Positions 16,925 to 26,504 are shown, counted from the stretch's first letter. The stretch: 64,000 nt of DNA from an uncultured Enterobacterales bacterium (GCA_964512185.1 CAZEJJ010000011.1:5131-69130), one strand, 5' to 3'. Numbers and translations are program-made. Notes: generated from the sequence alone by a model not told the origin.

Positions 16925-18505
16925 ATGCGCCACTTCAACACCGCCGGTGTCTGCCTGCCCGAGCTGCACTACATGCTGCCGCCCGAGCTGCGCCTGCCCG
17001 GGGTCCGGGAGCTGTTGGCCCAGCGGGCGTACTTCGTGGTGCACGCCCCACGTCAGACGGGCAAGACCACCACCCTGCGCGCGCTGTGCCGGACCTTGAC
17101 GGCCGAGGGTGAATACGCCGCGCTGCACTTCTCCTGCGAGGGGGGGCAGGCCTACCCGGAGGATCCCGGCGCCGCCGAGCGGGTGGTGTGGGACAGCATC
17201 GTCGACGAGGCTCGGGACCAGCTCGGCACCGAGCTGCGCCCACCCGCCGTCGGGGTGGCGACCGCTCCGGGGAGCTTCCTGCTGACGAGCATCACGGCCT
17301 GGTGTCGCGCGTGCCCGCGCCCGCTGGTACTAGTCTTCGACGAGATCGACGCGCTGCTGGGCCGCGGCATGATCACGGTGCTGCGGCAGCTCAGGGCGGG
17401 GCACCCCAAGCGAGGGACCGCGTTCCCCTCCTCGGTGATCCTCTGCGGCCTGCGGGACGTGCGCGACTACAAGGCGGCGTCCGGGGGCGACGCCAGCCGG
17501 CTGGGCACGGCCAGCCCCTTCAACGTGCTGGTGGAGTCCATCAGCCTGGGCAACTTCACCGCCTCGGAGGTGGCGGACCTGTGCGGCCAGCACAGCGCGG
17601 CCACGGGCCAGCCCTTCACCCCTGCGGCGCTGGAGCGGGCCTACGAGCTGACCGGGGGCCAGCCCTGGCTGGTGTGCGCCCTCGCACGCGAGGTGATCGA
17701 CAAGCTGCGCGTCCCGGTGTCCGAGCCCATCACGGTGCACCACCTGGACCGGGCCAAGGAGCGCCTGGTCCTGGCGCGGGCCACCCACCTGGACTCCCTG
17801 GTGGACAAGCTGCACGAGGGCAGGGTGCGCCGAGTGCTCGGGCCGCTGATGGCAGGGGACTATGTCGAGCTGGCCGATACCTACGACGACGACATCCAGT
17901 ACGTAGCGGACCTGGGGCTCATCACCCGCAGGCCGGTGCGGGTGTCCAACTCCATCTACCGCGAGGTCATGGTCCGCGTGCTGGCGGCCATGGCCGAGGA
18001 CGCCCTGCCCACCCCCCCCACCCGCAGCTTCGTCCTGCCCGACGGCACCTTGGACATGGCGCGGGTGCTCGAGGAGTTCGCGGCCTTCTGGCGCGAGCAC
18101 GGCGACATCCTGGCCGACGGCATGAGCTACCACGAGGTCGCGCCGCAGCTGGTGATCATGGCCTGGTTCCAGCGCGTCGTGAACAGCGGCGGCTACGTGG
18201 ATCGCGAGTACGGCATCGGCCGTGGCCGCATCGGCCTGCTGCTCCGCTGGCCGCACGCTGGTCCCGGCGGCCAGCGCGCCTGGCAGCGCGAGGCTGTCGA
18301 GCTGGAGGTCTGGGCCGCGGGCCGGCCCGACCCGCTGCCCAAGGGCCTGGCGCAGCTCGACGCCTACCTGGAGCGGCCCGGCCTGGACGCGGGCGTGCTG
18401 GTGGTCTTCGACCGCCGGCCCGAGGCGCCGGGGATCGACGAGCGGACCGTCTTCTCCCGGGCCGTGACCCCCACGGGTCGCCAGGTGACCCTGCTGCGGG
18501 CCTGA
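16925..18505 (+). CDS. P-loop ATPase fused to a degenerate PD-(D/E)XK-like domain (copy 2)
   Basis: MRHFNTAGVCLPELHYMLPP. Walker A PRQTGKTT, Walker B LVLVFDEID. The C-terminus GRGRIGLLL (Gly codon 18233-18235 replaces the Asp) ... AVELEVWA has no Lys. Confidence 0.8.
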   Translation: MRHFNTAGVCLPELHYMLPPELRLPGVRELLAQRAYFVVHAPRQTGKTTTLRALCRTLTAEGEYAALHFSCEGGQAYPEDPGAAERVVWDSIVDEARDQLGTELRPPAVGVATAPGSFLLTSITAWCRACPRPLVLVFDEIDALLGRGMITVLRQLRAGHPKRGTAFPSSVILCGLRDVRDYKAASGGDASRLGTASPFNVLVESISLGNFTASEVADLCGQHSAATGQPFTPAALERAYELTGGQPWLVCALAREVIDKLRVPVSEPITVHHLDRAKERLVLARATHLDSLVDKLHEGRVRRVLGPLMAGDYVELADTYDDDIQYVADLGLITRRPVRVSNSIYREVMVRVLAAMAEDALPTPPTRSFVLPDGTLDMARVLEEFAAFWREHGDILADGMSYHEVAPQLVIMAWFQRVVNSGGYVDREYGIGRGRIGLLLRWPHAGPGGQRAWQREAVELEVWAAGRPDPLPKGLAQLDAYLERPGLDAGVLVVFDRRPEAPGIDERTVFSRAVTPTGRQVTLLRA

Positions 18506-18531
18506 GGGCGCGAGGCCTGAAGCGCGCTCCG

Positions 18532-18657
18532 GGGTTCGCGGCCGCGTCGGTAGATGGCGCGGGCGACGTCAACGGCGACAGCCTGGACGACATCGTGATC
18601 GGCGCGCCAGAGTACGACAGCGCCGCCTCACGGCGGAGCTTCCCCGACGTCTGCTAG
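18532..18657 (+). pseudogene. FG-GAP repeat fragment
   Basis: GFAAASVDGAGDVNGDSLDDIVIGAPEYDSAAS followed by unrelated residues and a stop. It is a single repeat with no start. Confidence 0.45.
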
Positions 18658-18681
18658 GCGGAGTCGGATCGAGGCGCGGGC

Positions 18682-19659
18682 TCACTGCGCCTGCGCGGCT
18701 CCGACCTTCCAGTGGATCCCCGCCACCGCGCTGCTGGAGTTGTCGTGCGGCATGGTGGCCGAGCCGGCCTTGGAGGTGCCGAAGTAGACGTACAGCCAGT
18801 CGCCTGGCTGCCAGCCTGCCCACGCCGTGGCGGGGACGGTGAAATCGCCGTCGTTGTCGGCGACACAGCTGACCTTCTCCAGGATCTCGGAGGTCCGTGC
18901 ATCGATCCGCGCGATGTAGATCAGCGCGTGGTCGGAGTCGGTGATGGTCCAGCTGAACTCCAGGTCCTGCAGCGGCCAGGCGGGCACAGTGCTCCCATCC
19001 AGCTCGGGGCTGATGAGGGTGAAGCTCGGGGGCGTCACGACAGAATCGGGCACGTACAGGTCCGGGAGGCCCGAGGCGCCGCTGACCTGCAGCTCGTAGC
19101 TGCTGTCCCAGAGGAAGCTGAGGGAGTCGAGGTTCGCCGCGAAGTAGGGGTGCTCGTCGTCGGGGCTCAGATCGACCCAGGTCCCCCCGTCGGTCTCCAG
19201 GGTGACGTATGGTTCGCCCAGGTCCATCCCGGTGCTGGTGTCGACCAGGAAGCCGTCGCTGCTGCAGGTCTCGACGCTGGGCGAGAAGAACTCCCAGTAC
19301 TGCGCCGCAGCCGGCTGCTGGAGAAACCAGAGCTGGGCGAGCCCATAGTCATCCACCGGCTCGGTCCAGTATGACCCGAGGATCTCGTACCACTGGGACG
19401 CCCCCAGCACGCCGGTCAGGCCGGACTCGTCGTCGAAGTCCAGGTACTCGAAGGCGCTGCTGGCCAGGGCCGAGCCTGCCGCGGCGGTCAGCTCGACATC
19501 GACGGTTCCGACCGTCTCGCTCGCGGGTGTGAGCAGCTCGACCTGCTCGGCTGTGGATGACAGCAGCTCGGCCTGCTGGTCGCCGAAGGTCACGCTGACC
19601 AGGTCGTCGAAGCCCTGGCCGGTCAGGACCACCAGGCTGCTGCCGCCCCGCGGGCCCAT
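18682..19659 (-). CDS. IPT/TIG-domain surface protein. The N-terminus is probably displaced by a frameshift (see findings).
   Basis: GGSSLVVLTGQGFDDLVSVTFGDQQAELLSSTAEQVELLTPASETVGTVDVELT. In the same frame upstream of the annotated Met lies a lipobox, RSRHLALLPALACGC, with no start codon. Confidence 0.6.
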   Translation of the reverse strand: MGPRGGSSLVVLTGQGFDDLVSVTFGDQQAELLSSTAEQVELLTPASETVGTVDVELTAAAGSALASSAFEYLDFDDESGLTGVLGASQWYEILGSYWTEPVDDYGLAQLWFLQQPAAAQYWEFFSPSVETCSSDGFLVDTSTGMDLGEPYVTLETDGGTWVDLSPDDEHPYFAANLDSLSFLWDSSYELQVSGASGLPDLYVPDSVVTPPSFTLISPELDGSTVPAWPLQDLEFSWTITDSDHALIYIARIDARTSEILEKVSCVADNDGDFTVPATAWAGWQPGDWLYVYFGTSKAGSATMPHDNSSSAVAGIHWKVGAAQAQ

Positions 19660-20115
19660 GGAGGGGGCGAGGCTCTCGATGCCGACGACCGGGCTCGTCT
19701 CACCGCTGTCGGTGCTGTCCGCCTGGGTGTCGCCCAGGCTGTCGCGGGAGTCGCCGTTGCCGGGGGTGAGCGCCAGCTCGCAGCCGCAGGCGAGGGCCGG
19801 GAGCAGGGCGAGGTGGCGCGAACGATGGTGGAAGGGGTGTGCATCCTGACCTGGTCCTCTCTCCGGATGGGGGGCTGGTTCATGCCGGCGCCCGTATATC
19901 TCGCGGGGCCGCGCCGCTCAACGGGGCTCGCAGGGCGCGCTCGCGGACGGTGTCATGTCGCCGGCCGTGGCGGCGTGGGAGTCAGCCCTGGCGATCGTGA
20001 GGGCTCACGAGCAGCACGGCCGCGGGGTGCTCCCGGACGAGCGTGGGACGTAACCGCGAGCCCCGCACCCGGTTGATACCATGAACCCCCACCCTCTCCA
20101 CCATGAGGTGCCCCT

Positions 20116-22296
20116 ATGCGCTCAATCCACGCCCTGCCCGGCATGCTCCTGCCCTTCGCGCTGCAGGCCTGCTCCTGCTCGCTCCCGGGTGAGACGGGGG
20201 ACAGCGCCCCCGACACCAGCGGGCAGGTGGAGATCCTGCGAGACAGCTACGGCGTCCCGCACATCTACGGCGGCTCGGTGGAGGCGGCGATGTACGGCTT
20301 CGGCTACGCCCAGGCCGAGGATCACCTCTCCTTCATGCTGACCCACTACCTGGCCGCCGACGGGCGCCTGTGCACGGCTCTCGAGGCTGGCGACGAGGCC
20401 CTGGCCCTGGCCGGCTACGGCGACCCCGAGGGCAACGACCTGCTGGCGCTGCTGTTCCGGTTCCGCGAGGTGGTCGACGAGCAGTGGGACGATCTCGACC
20501 AGCACGACGATCCCTCCTGGAGCTTCACGGGCCGCGAGCTGTTGACCGCCTTCGCCGCGGGTGTGAACGCCTACATGGCGGAGCATCCTGAGCGGGTGCC
20601 GGACTGGTGGAGCGGCCAGGTGGAACCCCAGGCCGTGCTGGCCTTCGTGCGGGCCACCCTGCTGGCCTACCAGGTCTCCATCATCACTCAGAAGGCCAGC
20701 CTGGCCGGCGAGGTGATCTCCCAGGCCTCCAACGAGTGGGTCGTGGGGCCCGGCAGCACCGCGGACGACGCCACCTACGTCCAGAGCGACCCCCACCTGG
20801 CGTTCAGCGGCGGCACGCTGTGGTACGAGGCCCACCTGGCCGGCGGGCCGCTGGACGTGGCCGGGGCCACCATGTACGGCGTGCCCTTCATCGCCATGGG
20901 GCACAACCGGTCCCTGGCCTTCACCGAGACCTCCAACTCCATGGACAACGCCGACCTGTTCCAGGTCACGGTCTCGGCCACCGACCCCACCCGCTATGTC
21001 TACGGTGACCAGGAGCTGCCCTTCACCTTCTCCGAGGTCACCCGCGAGCTGGCGGGCGGGGGCGAGCGCAGCTTCCGGCTCGCCTGGACCCACCACGGGC
21101 CGGTGGTGGATCCGCTGGACAGCCACGACTTCGCCGCCGGCGAGCAGCTGCTGGTGGGCGCCGTCACCATGTTGGAGCAGGCGGGCGGGTTCGCGCAGTT
21201 CGTGGCGATGGACCTGGCGCCGGACGTGGACGCCTGGGTCGAGGCCATGCAGGCGCTGCAGATCCAGCGCTGGAACTTCGTGGTCGGCGACACCCAGGGC
21301 GACATCTTCTTCGTCAACAACTCGCGCCACCCGGCGCGCGACGACGAGGTGGACTGGTCCGGCGCGGTGGACGGCTCCGATCCCGAGCTGGACTGGACCA
21401 CAGCCGAGCCCTGGGCCTTCGACGAGCTGGCCTGGGCCCGTGCTGATGGGGGCTACTTCCAGTGCAACAACTCCAGCCCGGGCTGGATCACGGCCGACTA
21501 CGGGGAGCACATCGATGAGAGCGCCTTCCCCGGCCACTACTTCACCCACGACAAGCTGGGCGCGCGCGCCGAGCACGCCCTGCGCGAGCTGTCCGCGCGC
21601 TCCGACTGGACCTTCGAGGAGCTGCAGGAGCTGTCCATGTCCACCTATGTGCTGCCGGCCGCGGGCTGGATCCCGCTCTTCGAGCAGGCCTGGGAGGACT
21701 ACGGCGAGCAGGTGGCCGATCCGGCGGCTGTGGTGGAGGGCGTGGGCATCCTGCAGGCCTGGGACTACCAGGCCGACGTCGACAGCACCGGCATGACCCT
21801 GTACAACCGCTGGATGGACCTGGCCAGCGTCTACACCGGCACCGCCGATCCCCCCGACTCGGTCACGGAGGAGGAGGCCGTCTTCGGGCTGGACCTGCTG
21901 GGCCAGGCGGTCGGCGACCTGCAGCAGGGCTACGGCAGCGCCGAGGTGCCGTGGGGCGAGGTGCACCGCATCCGGCGCGGCGAGGTCGACCTGCCCATCG
22001 CCGGCGGGACCTCGGGCAACCCGTCGCTGTTCATGGCCACGGCCACGGAGGAGGTGGACGGCGTCGGCTATGTGGGCAAGGGCAGCTCCTACATGCTGCT
22101 GACCCGGCTCGGCGCCGACGGTGTCGTCGAGGCGGTCTCCGTCAAGCCCTGGGGCAACTCCGAGGATCCCGAGTCGCCCCACTACAGCGACCTCACCGAG
22201 CTGTACGCCGAGCAGCGGTACAAGGAGTTCTGGTACGACCGCCAGGACGTCGAGCAGCACCTGGAGTCCACCACGGTGCTGGAGTACCTGCCGTGA
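20116..22296 (+). CDS. Penicillin acylase family Ntn hydrolase (AHL-acylase-like) lipoprotein
   Basis: Lipobox FALQAC. ILRDSYGVPHIYGGSVEAAMYGFGYAQAEDH. Beta-subunit nucleophile context ISQASNEWVVGP. Confidence 0.85.
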   Translation: MRSIHALPGMLLPFALQACSCSLPGETGDSAPDTSGQVEILRDSYGVPHIYGGSVEAAMYGFGYAQAEDHLSFMLTHYLAADGRLCTALEAGDEALALAGYGDPEGNDLLALLFRFREVVDEQWDDLDQHDDPSWSFTGRELLTAFAAGVNAYMAEHPERVPDWWSGQVEPQAVLAFVRATLLAYQVSIITQKASLAGEVISQASNEWVVGPGSTADDATYVQSDPHLAFSGGTLWYEAHLAGGPLDVAGATMYGVPFIAMGHNRSLAFTETSNSMDNADLFQVTVSATDPTRYVYGDQELPFTFSEVTRELAGGGERSFRLAWTHHGPVVDPLDSHDFAAGEQLLVGAVTMLEQAGGFAQFVAMDLAPDVDAWVEAMQALQIQRWNFVVGDTQGDIFFVNNSRHPARDDEVDWSGAVDGSDPELDWTTAEPWAFDELAWARADGGYFQCNNSSPGWITADYGEHIDESAFPGHYFTHDKLGARAEHALRELSARSDWTFEELQELSMSTYVLPAAGWIPLFEQAWEDYGEQVADPAAVVEGVGILQAWDYQADVDSTGMTLYNRWMDLASVYTGTADPPDSVTEEEAVFGLDLLGQAVGDLQQGYGSAEVPWGEVHRIRRGEVDLPIAGGTSGNPSLFMATATEEVDGVGYVGKGSSYMLLTRLGADGVVEAVSVKPWGNSEDPESPHYSDLTELYAEQRYKEFWYDRQDVEQHLESTTVLEYLP

Positions 22297-22323
22297 GCCC
22301 CGCAGCAGGCGAGAGGAGGAGCA

Positions 22324-24324
22324 ATGACCCACAGCCCACTCGAGCACAGGGCAGACCGGCCCCGACCCCTGCCGGTCGCCACGCTGGGCATCGCCCTGCT
22401 CCTGCTGCCCATGTCCACCGCGGCGGCGGCTACGCTCTACGTGGACCAGGCCAGCGGCGACGACAGCCAGAGCGGGGCCTCCCCCGAGCAGGCCGTCGCC
22501 AGCCTGGCGCGCGGCGCCGAGCTGCTGCAGGCCGGGGACCAGCTGATCGTGGGGCCCGGCACCTACTACGAGCAGCCCGTCTTCTCGGGGCACGGTGGCC
22601 AGGTCTGGATCCGCGCCGAGCCCATGGGAGAGGCCACCATCAGCGGCATGTGGGAACAAGCCGCCGAGGGCCTGGTGGGCTGGCGCGACGAGGGCGACGG
22701 GAGCTGGTCGGCGCCGCACGGCCAGGCCGTGTTCGGGGCCTACGAGGATGCCTTCCTGTTCCGATTCGAGACCGTCGATGACCTCCTCGCGGCGCGGGCC
22801 GGCAGCATCCACACGCCTGGCTGGGGCTTCGCCCACGAGGACGGCCGGATCTACCTGGTGCTGCCGGGCGGCGAGGACCCCAACGGCCGCCCCGTCAAGC
22901 TCTCCTCGGCCTACTGGGGCGAGGACGGGCAGCTGGACGCGGTGGTGTGGATCCACGACGCTCCCGAGGCGATCCTGGAGGGCTTCCGCGTCGAGGGCGC
23001 CGGCACCCTCGGGGTCTGGATCGAGACGGACAGCCCGGGGCCCACCGTCCGCAACACGGTGTTCTCCTACTGCGTCTACGGGCTCGCCCTGCCCCAGCGG
23101 AGCCTGGTGGAGTGGGTGGAGTACAGCTACCCGGGCTTCTACGACTTCGCCGAAGAGGTGCTGCAGCTCAACGGCGACATCGACCGGGTCTACTCGCTGG
23201 TGAAGGAGTACCACGACACCGTCGTTTTGGAGGGCGGGCTGGCCCTGGGGCACGGCTGGACCGGGGACACCATCGAGGACTGCGAGTTCCGCTACAACTT
23301 CCTGCACGAGGCCTTCGATGGCGAGAAGCTCGGCTTCTTCGACGCCTCCAGCTCCCACCACAACGCCTACCTGTACAACTACGACAACCACGTGGAGCTG
23401 GAGGGCTGGTACGGCAACCCGGGGGCCGACCTGCACCTGCACCACAACCTGATGCTGGCCTGCCCGATGGGCCCCATCTCCCACCAGGGCGACGACATCG
23501 TCGGACCCCAGTACGTGTACAACAACGTGGTCTGGGAGCTCGACACCGACCACGGCCACACCTGGACCCAGCTCAAGACGGACGCCCCCAACGCCACCGG
23601 GGGCCTGCACTACTTCCACAACCTGTTCTGGGCCGGCCACACCACCATGTTCTGGGAGGACGCCGACAAGCTGTGGCTGCGCAACAACATCCTGGTGTTC
23701 ACGGACGAGTACAGCGACGAGCCGGCCAGCTTTGACAGCGACTACAACCTGCTGGTGAACATCGCGGACGAGCCCTGGCTGCGGGGTGCGAGCGGCTACT
23801 GGGTGGGGGACGATCCGGGCGACCTGGAGCTGCAGGACCCGGCATCCCTGGACTTCCGCCCGACGAAGGACAGCCCCGGGCTGAACCTCGGCATCGAGAT
23901 CCCTGGCTTCAACGAGGCTGACCCCGACATCGGCCCCTTCGAGCTGGGGCAGGGCTGGGACGGAGACTGGCCCCGGCCGATGGAGACCGTGTTCGACTGC
24001 AGCGTCCCGGAGCGCTGGCAGGGCGAGGATCCCGACCTGGCCTGCGATGACGAGGAGGGGGACACCGGGCTGGACAGCGCCAGCCCCGGCGACTGCGAGG
24101 CTCCCCACGACAGCGATGGGCCCGGCGACAGCCAGGCTCCCAGCGACAGCGGCGACTCGCCGGACAGCGGCGGTCCTCGGGACAGCGGCGTGGCGACGGA
24201 CGACGAGACGGGCTGCGGCTGCTCGGCCAGGAGAGCCCGCTCCCTGCTGGCCACGGGCTTGACGCTGGCCGCCCTGGGCTGCTGCGCCGGGGCCGCCAGG
24301 AGGCGAGGCCGCCGCCACGGGTGA
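22324..24324 (+). CDS. Secreted right-handed beta-helix protein (polysaccharide-lyase-like guess) with a MYXO-CTERM-like tail
   Basis: Signal peptide ending TAAAATLYVDQASGDDSQSGASPEQAVASL. C-terminus DDETGCGCSARRARSLLATGLTLAALGCCAGAARRRGRRHG. Confidence 0.55.
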   Translation: MTHSPLEHRADRPRPLPVATLGIALLLLPMSTAAAATLYVDQASGDDSQSGASPEQAVASLARGAELLQAGDQLIVGPGTYYEQPVFSGHGGQVWIRAEPMGEATISGMWEQAAEGLVGWRDEGDGSWSAPHGQAVFGAYEDAFLFRFETVDDLLAARAGSIHTPGWGFAHEDGRIYLVLPGGEDPNGRPVKLSSAYWGEDGQLDAVVWIHDAPEAILEGFRVEGAGTLGVWIETDSPGPTVRNTVFSYCVYGLALPQRSLVEWVEYSYPGFYDFAEEVLQLNGDIDRVYSLVKEYHDTVVLEGGLALGHGWTGDTIEDCEFRYNFLHEAFDGEKLGFFDASSSHHNAYLYNYDNHVELEGWYGNPGADLHLHHNLMLACPMGPISHQGDDIVGPQYVYNNVVWELDTDHGHTWTQLKTDAPNATGGLHYFHNLFWAGHTTMFWEDADKLWLRNNILVFTDEYSDEPASFDSDYNLLVNIADEPWLRGASGYWVGDDPGDLELQDPASLDFRPTKDSPGLNLGIEIPGFNEADPDIGPFELGQGWDGDWPRPMETVFDCSVPERWQGEDPDLACDDEEGDTGLDSASPGDCEAPHDSDGPGDSQAPSDSGDSPDSGGPRDSGVATDDETGCGCSARRARSLLATGLTLAALGCCAGAARRRGRRHG

Positions 24325-24478
24325 TGCCCCGCGCTGGACCCGGTCGTCGGGCCGGCCGGCGCGGAGAGCTGGCGCAGAGTCCCTGAGCGACAGGTGGTCC
24401 CGGATAGGCCAGCCCTGATTCCCCGGAGGGCGGGGCCCGGAAAACGGAATACACGGCCGGCGCCACCCCGGAGATTCC

Positions 24479-25765
24479 ATGGAAACCGTCGTCGACCCCA
24501 GGAAGCAGCGCCTCTGGCAGTACCGCGTCTACACCCTGCTGTGGACCGGCTACGCCAGCTACTACCTGTGCCGGCTCAACTTCGCTGTAGCCCAGCCTGC
24601 CATCCTCGAGGCCTACCCCAGCTGGTCGGCGGCCAAGGTCGGCGGCATCCCCTCGGTCTACGCGGCCTTCTACGCCATCGGCCAGTTCATCAACGGGCAG
24701 CTGGCCGACCGCTTCGGCCCGCGCAAGATGATGACCACGGCCCTGTCCATCGCCGTGCTCTGCAACCTGGGCATGTCCATGGCCGACTCCTACACCGCCA
24801 TGCTCGTGCTGTGGGCCATCAACGGCTACGCCCAGAGCGCGGGCTGGACCCTGGTGGTGCAGACCGCGGCCAACTGGACCAAGGTGGAGCGCCGGGGCGC
24901 GGTGCTGGGCATCATCTCCACCTGCTACGCGGTGGGCAACGTGCTGGCCTGGCTGCTGGCCGGGTTCCTGGTGGACAGCATCGGCTGGCGCGCGGCCTTC
25001 GCCGTGCCCGCCTTCGTCGCCCTGCCGGTGGCCATCGCCATCGGGGTGTTCCTGCGCAACGATCCTCGCGACGCTGGCCTGCCCCGCATCCGCGACGACA
25101 TCGACGAGGCCGACGAGGTGGACGAGAGCGGCGCCAGGCGCCCCGCCATCGGCACCCTGGCCATGCTCAAGATGACGCTGGCCAACCCCATCCTCTGGGT
25201 GCTGGCACTGGCCTTCTTCTGCAACAATTCCGTGCGCTATGCCTTCATGAACTGGGCGGTGCAGTACATGGCCGATTTCCATGGCCGCTCCATCGCGGGC
25301 TCGGCCATGATGGCCATCGCCCTCCCTCTCATCGGCGCCGTGGGGGCTGTGTCCGCCGGCTGGATCTCCGACACGGTGTTCGGAAAACGGCGGGCACCGG
25401 TGTGCGCCATCTGCCTGTTCCTGCTGGCCATCCTGTGCGTGGCCTTCGTGCAGATTCCCCAGGGCCAGTGGGTCATCGCCACGGTGATGCTGGGGGTGGC
25501 GGGTTTTCTGATCTACGGCCCCGACATGCTCATGACCGGTGCGGCCTCCATCGACTTCTCCCACCCTCGGGCCGCTGCTGCGGCCACCGGCTTCACGATG
25601 GCCACGGGCGCTGCCGGCTCGATCTTTTCTGGAGCAGGCGTGGGCTGGCTGAAGGACAGCACCGGAGGTGAGTGGGACCTGGTGTTCTACGTGCTGGCGG
25701 GCCTGTCCCTGGTGCCGGCCCTGCTGATGGTCACCATCTGGAACGCGAAGCCGAAGGGTTCGTAG
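24479..25765 (+). CDS. MFS transporter, organophosphate:Pi antiporter (GlpT/UhpC)-like
   Basis: Twelve-TM-like hydrophobicity. LCRLNFAVAQP, GQFINGQLADRFGPRKMM. Confidence 0.8.
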   Translation: METVVDPRKQRLWQYRVYTLLWTGYASYYLCRLNFAVAQPAILEAYPSWSAAKVGGIPSVYAAFYAIGQFINGQLADRFGPRKMMTTALSIAVLCNLGMSMADSYTAMLVLWAINGYAQSAGWTLVVQTAANWTKVERRGAVLGIISTCYAVGNVLAWLLAGFLVDSIGWRAAFAVPAFVALPVAIAIGVFLRNDPRDAGLPRIRDDIDEADEVDESGARRPAIGTLAMLKMTLANPILWVLALAFFCNNSVRYAFMNWAVQYMADFHGRSIAGSAMMAIALPLIGAVGAVSAGWISDTVFGKRRAPVCAICLFLLAILCVAFVQIPQGQWVIATVMLGVAGFLIYGPDMLMTGAASIDFSHPRAAAAATGFTMATGAAGSIFSGAGVGWLKDSTGGEWDLVFYVLAGLSLVPALLMVTIWNAKPKGS

Positions 25766-25781
25766 CCTCCAGCAGATTCTG

Positions 25782-26504
25782 CTAGAATCGATGCACGGGC
25801 CAGTCGCGGCCCCTGGCCTGCTGCAGCAGGGCGTTGCCCGCCTGGTCGCGGCGGCCCACCACCAGGGGCTGCTCGGAATAGGCCAGCATCTCGAAGTCTC
25901 CCATGGAGTCGCCGAAGGCGAAGCAGGGGCGCACGCCGATGTGCTTCTGGATGGCGTCCACCTTGCCCTGGTTGCAGGGCCGCGGGTAGATGGGGCGCGT
26001 GGTGAGCAGGCCGTCTTCGACCGCCGTCTCGATGCCCAGCACCTTGTCCTGGGGGATGCCAATGTGGGGGGCGCCCGCGTGCACCACCCAGCGGTTCGAG
26101 GCCGACACGATCCAGGTCTCGAAGCCCTCGGCCTGCAGCCCCGCGATGAGCCCCCGCATGGCGGCGCGGTAGTTGGGCCAGGCGGCGGCCAGCTGGCGGC
26201 ACCAGGTGTTCACCTGCTCCTCGGTGAGCCCGGCCATGACCTGCACCGCCCAGGTGTAGCCATCGATGCGGCTCTCGGCGACGCGCTGCTCGTACTCGGT
26301 CCACACATCGCCTTCGCAGTCGACCTGGGTGAGCAGCTTGCCAGCCACCAGCCAGCGCATGAAGGCCTCGCCGATGTCTTCGGACCAGAGGGTTCCGTCG
26401 GCGTCGAAGGCCGCTACCCGGCGGCCGCTGCGGGGGGCCAGCCGGGCCTGGATGGCCTCGCGGAAGGGGACGTCGAAGGGCGCGAGCCAGTCGGGGGTGC
26501 GCAT
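25782..26504 (-). CDS. HAD-IB family hydrolase
   Basis: VAAFDADGTLW (DxDxT), SASNRWVV, FGDSMGDFEM. Confidence 0.75.
   Translation of the reverse strand: MRTPDWLAPFDVPFREAIQARLAPRSGRRVAAFDADGTLWSEDIGEAFMRWLVAGKLLTQVDCEGDVWTEYEQRVAESRIDGYTWAVQVMAGLTEEQVNTWCRQLAAAWPNYRAAMRGLIAGLQAEGFETWIVSASNRWVVHAGAPHIGIPQDKVLGIETAVEDGLLTTRPIYPRPCNQGKVDAIQKHIGVRPCFAFGDSMGDFEMLAYSEQPLVVGRRDQAGNALLQQARGRDWPVHRF

Noticed and set aside
20122-24480. 1452-aa ORF on the minus strand, the longest complete ORF in the track after UvrA
   Set aside because: It is antisense to three plus-strand genes with clear family motifs (penicillin acylase, beta-helix protein, MFS start). Its product is a Gly/Arg/Ala/Pro/Val-rich string with no motif. 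Long antisense ORFs are expected at about 70% GC.
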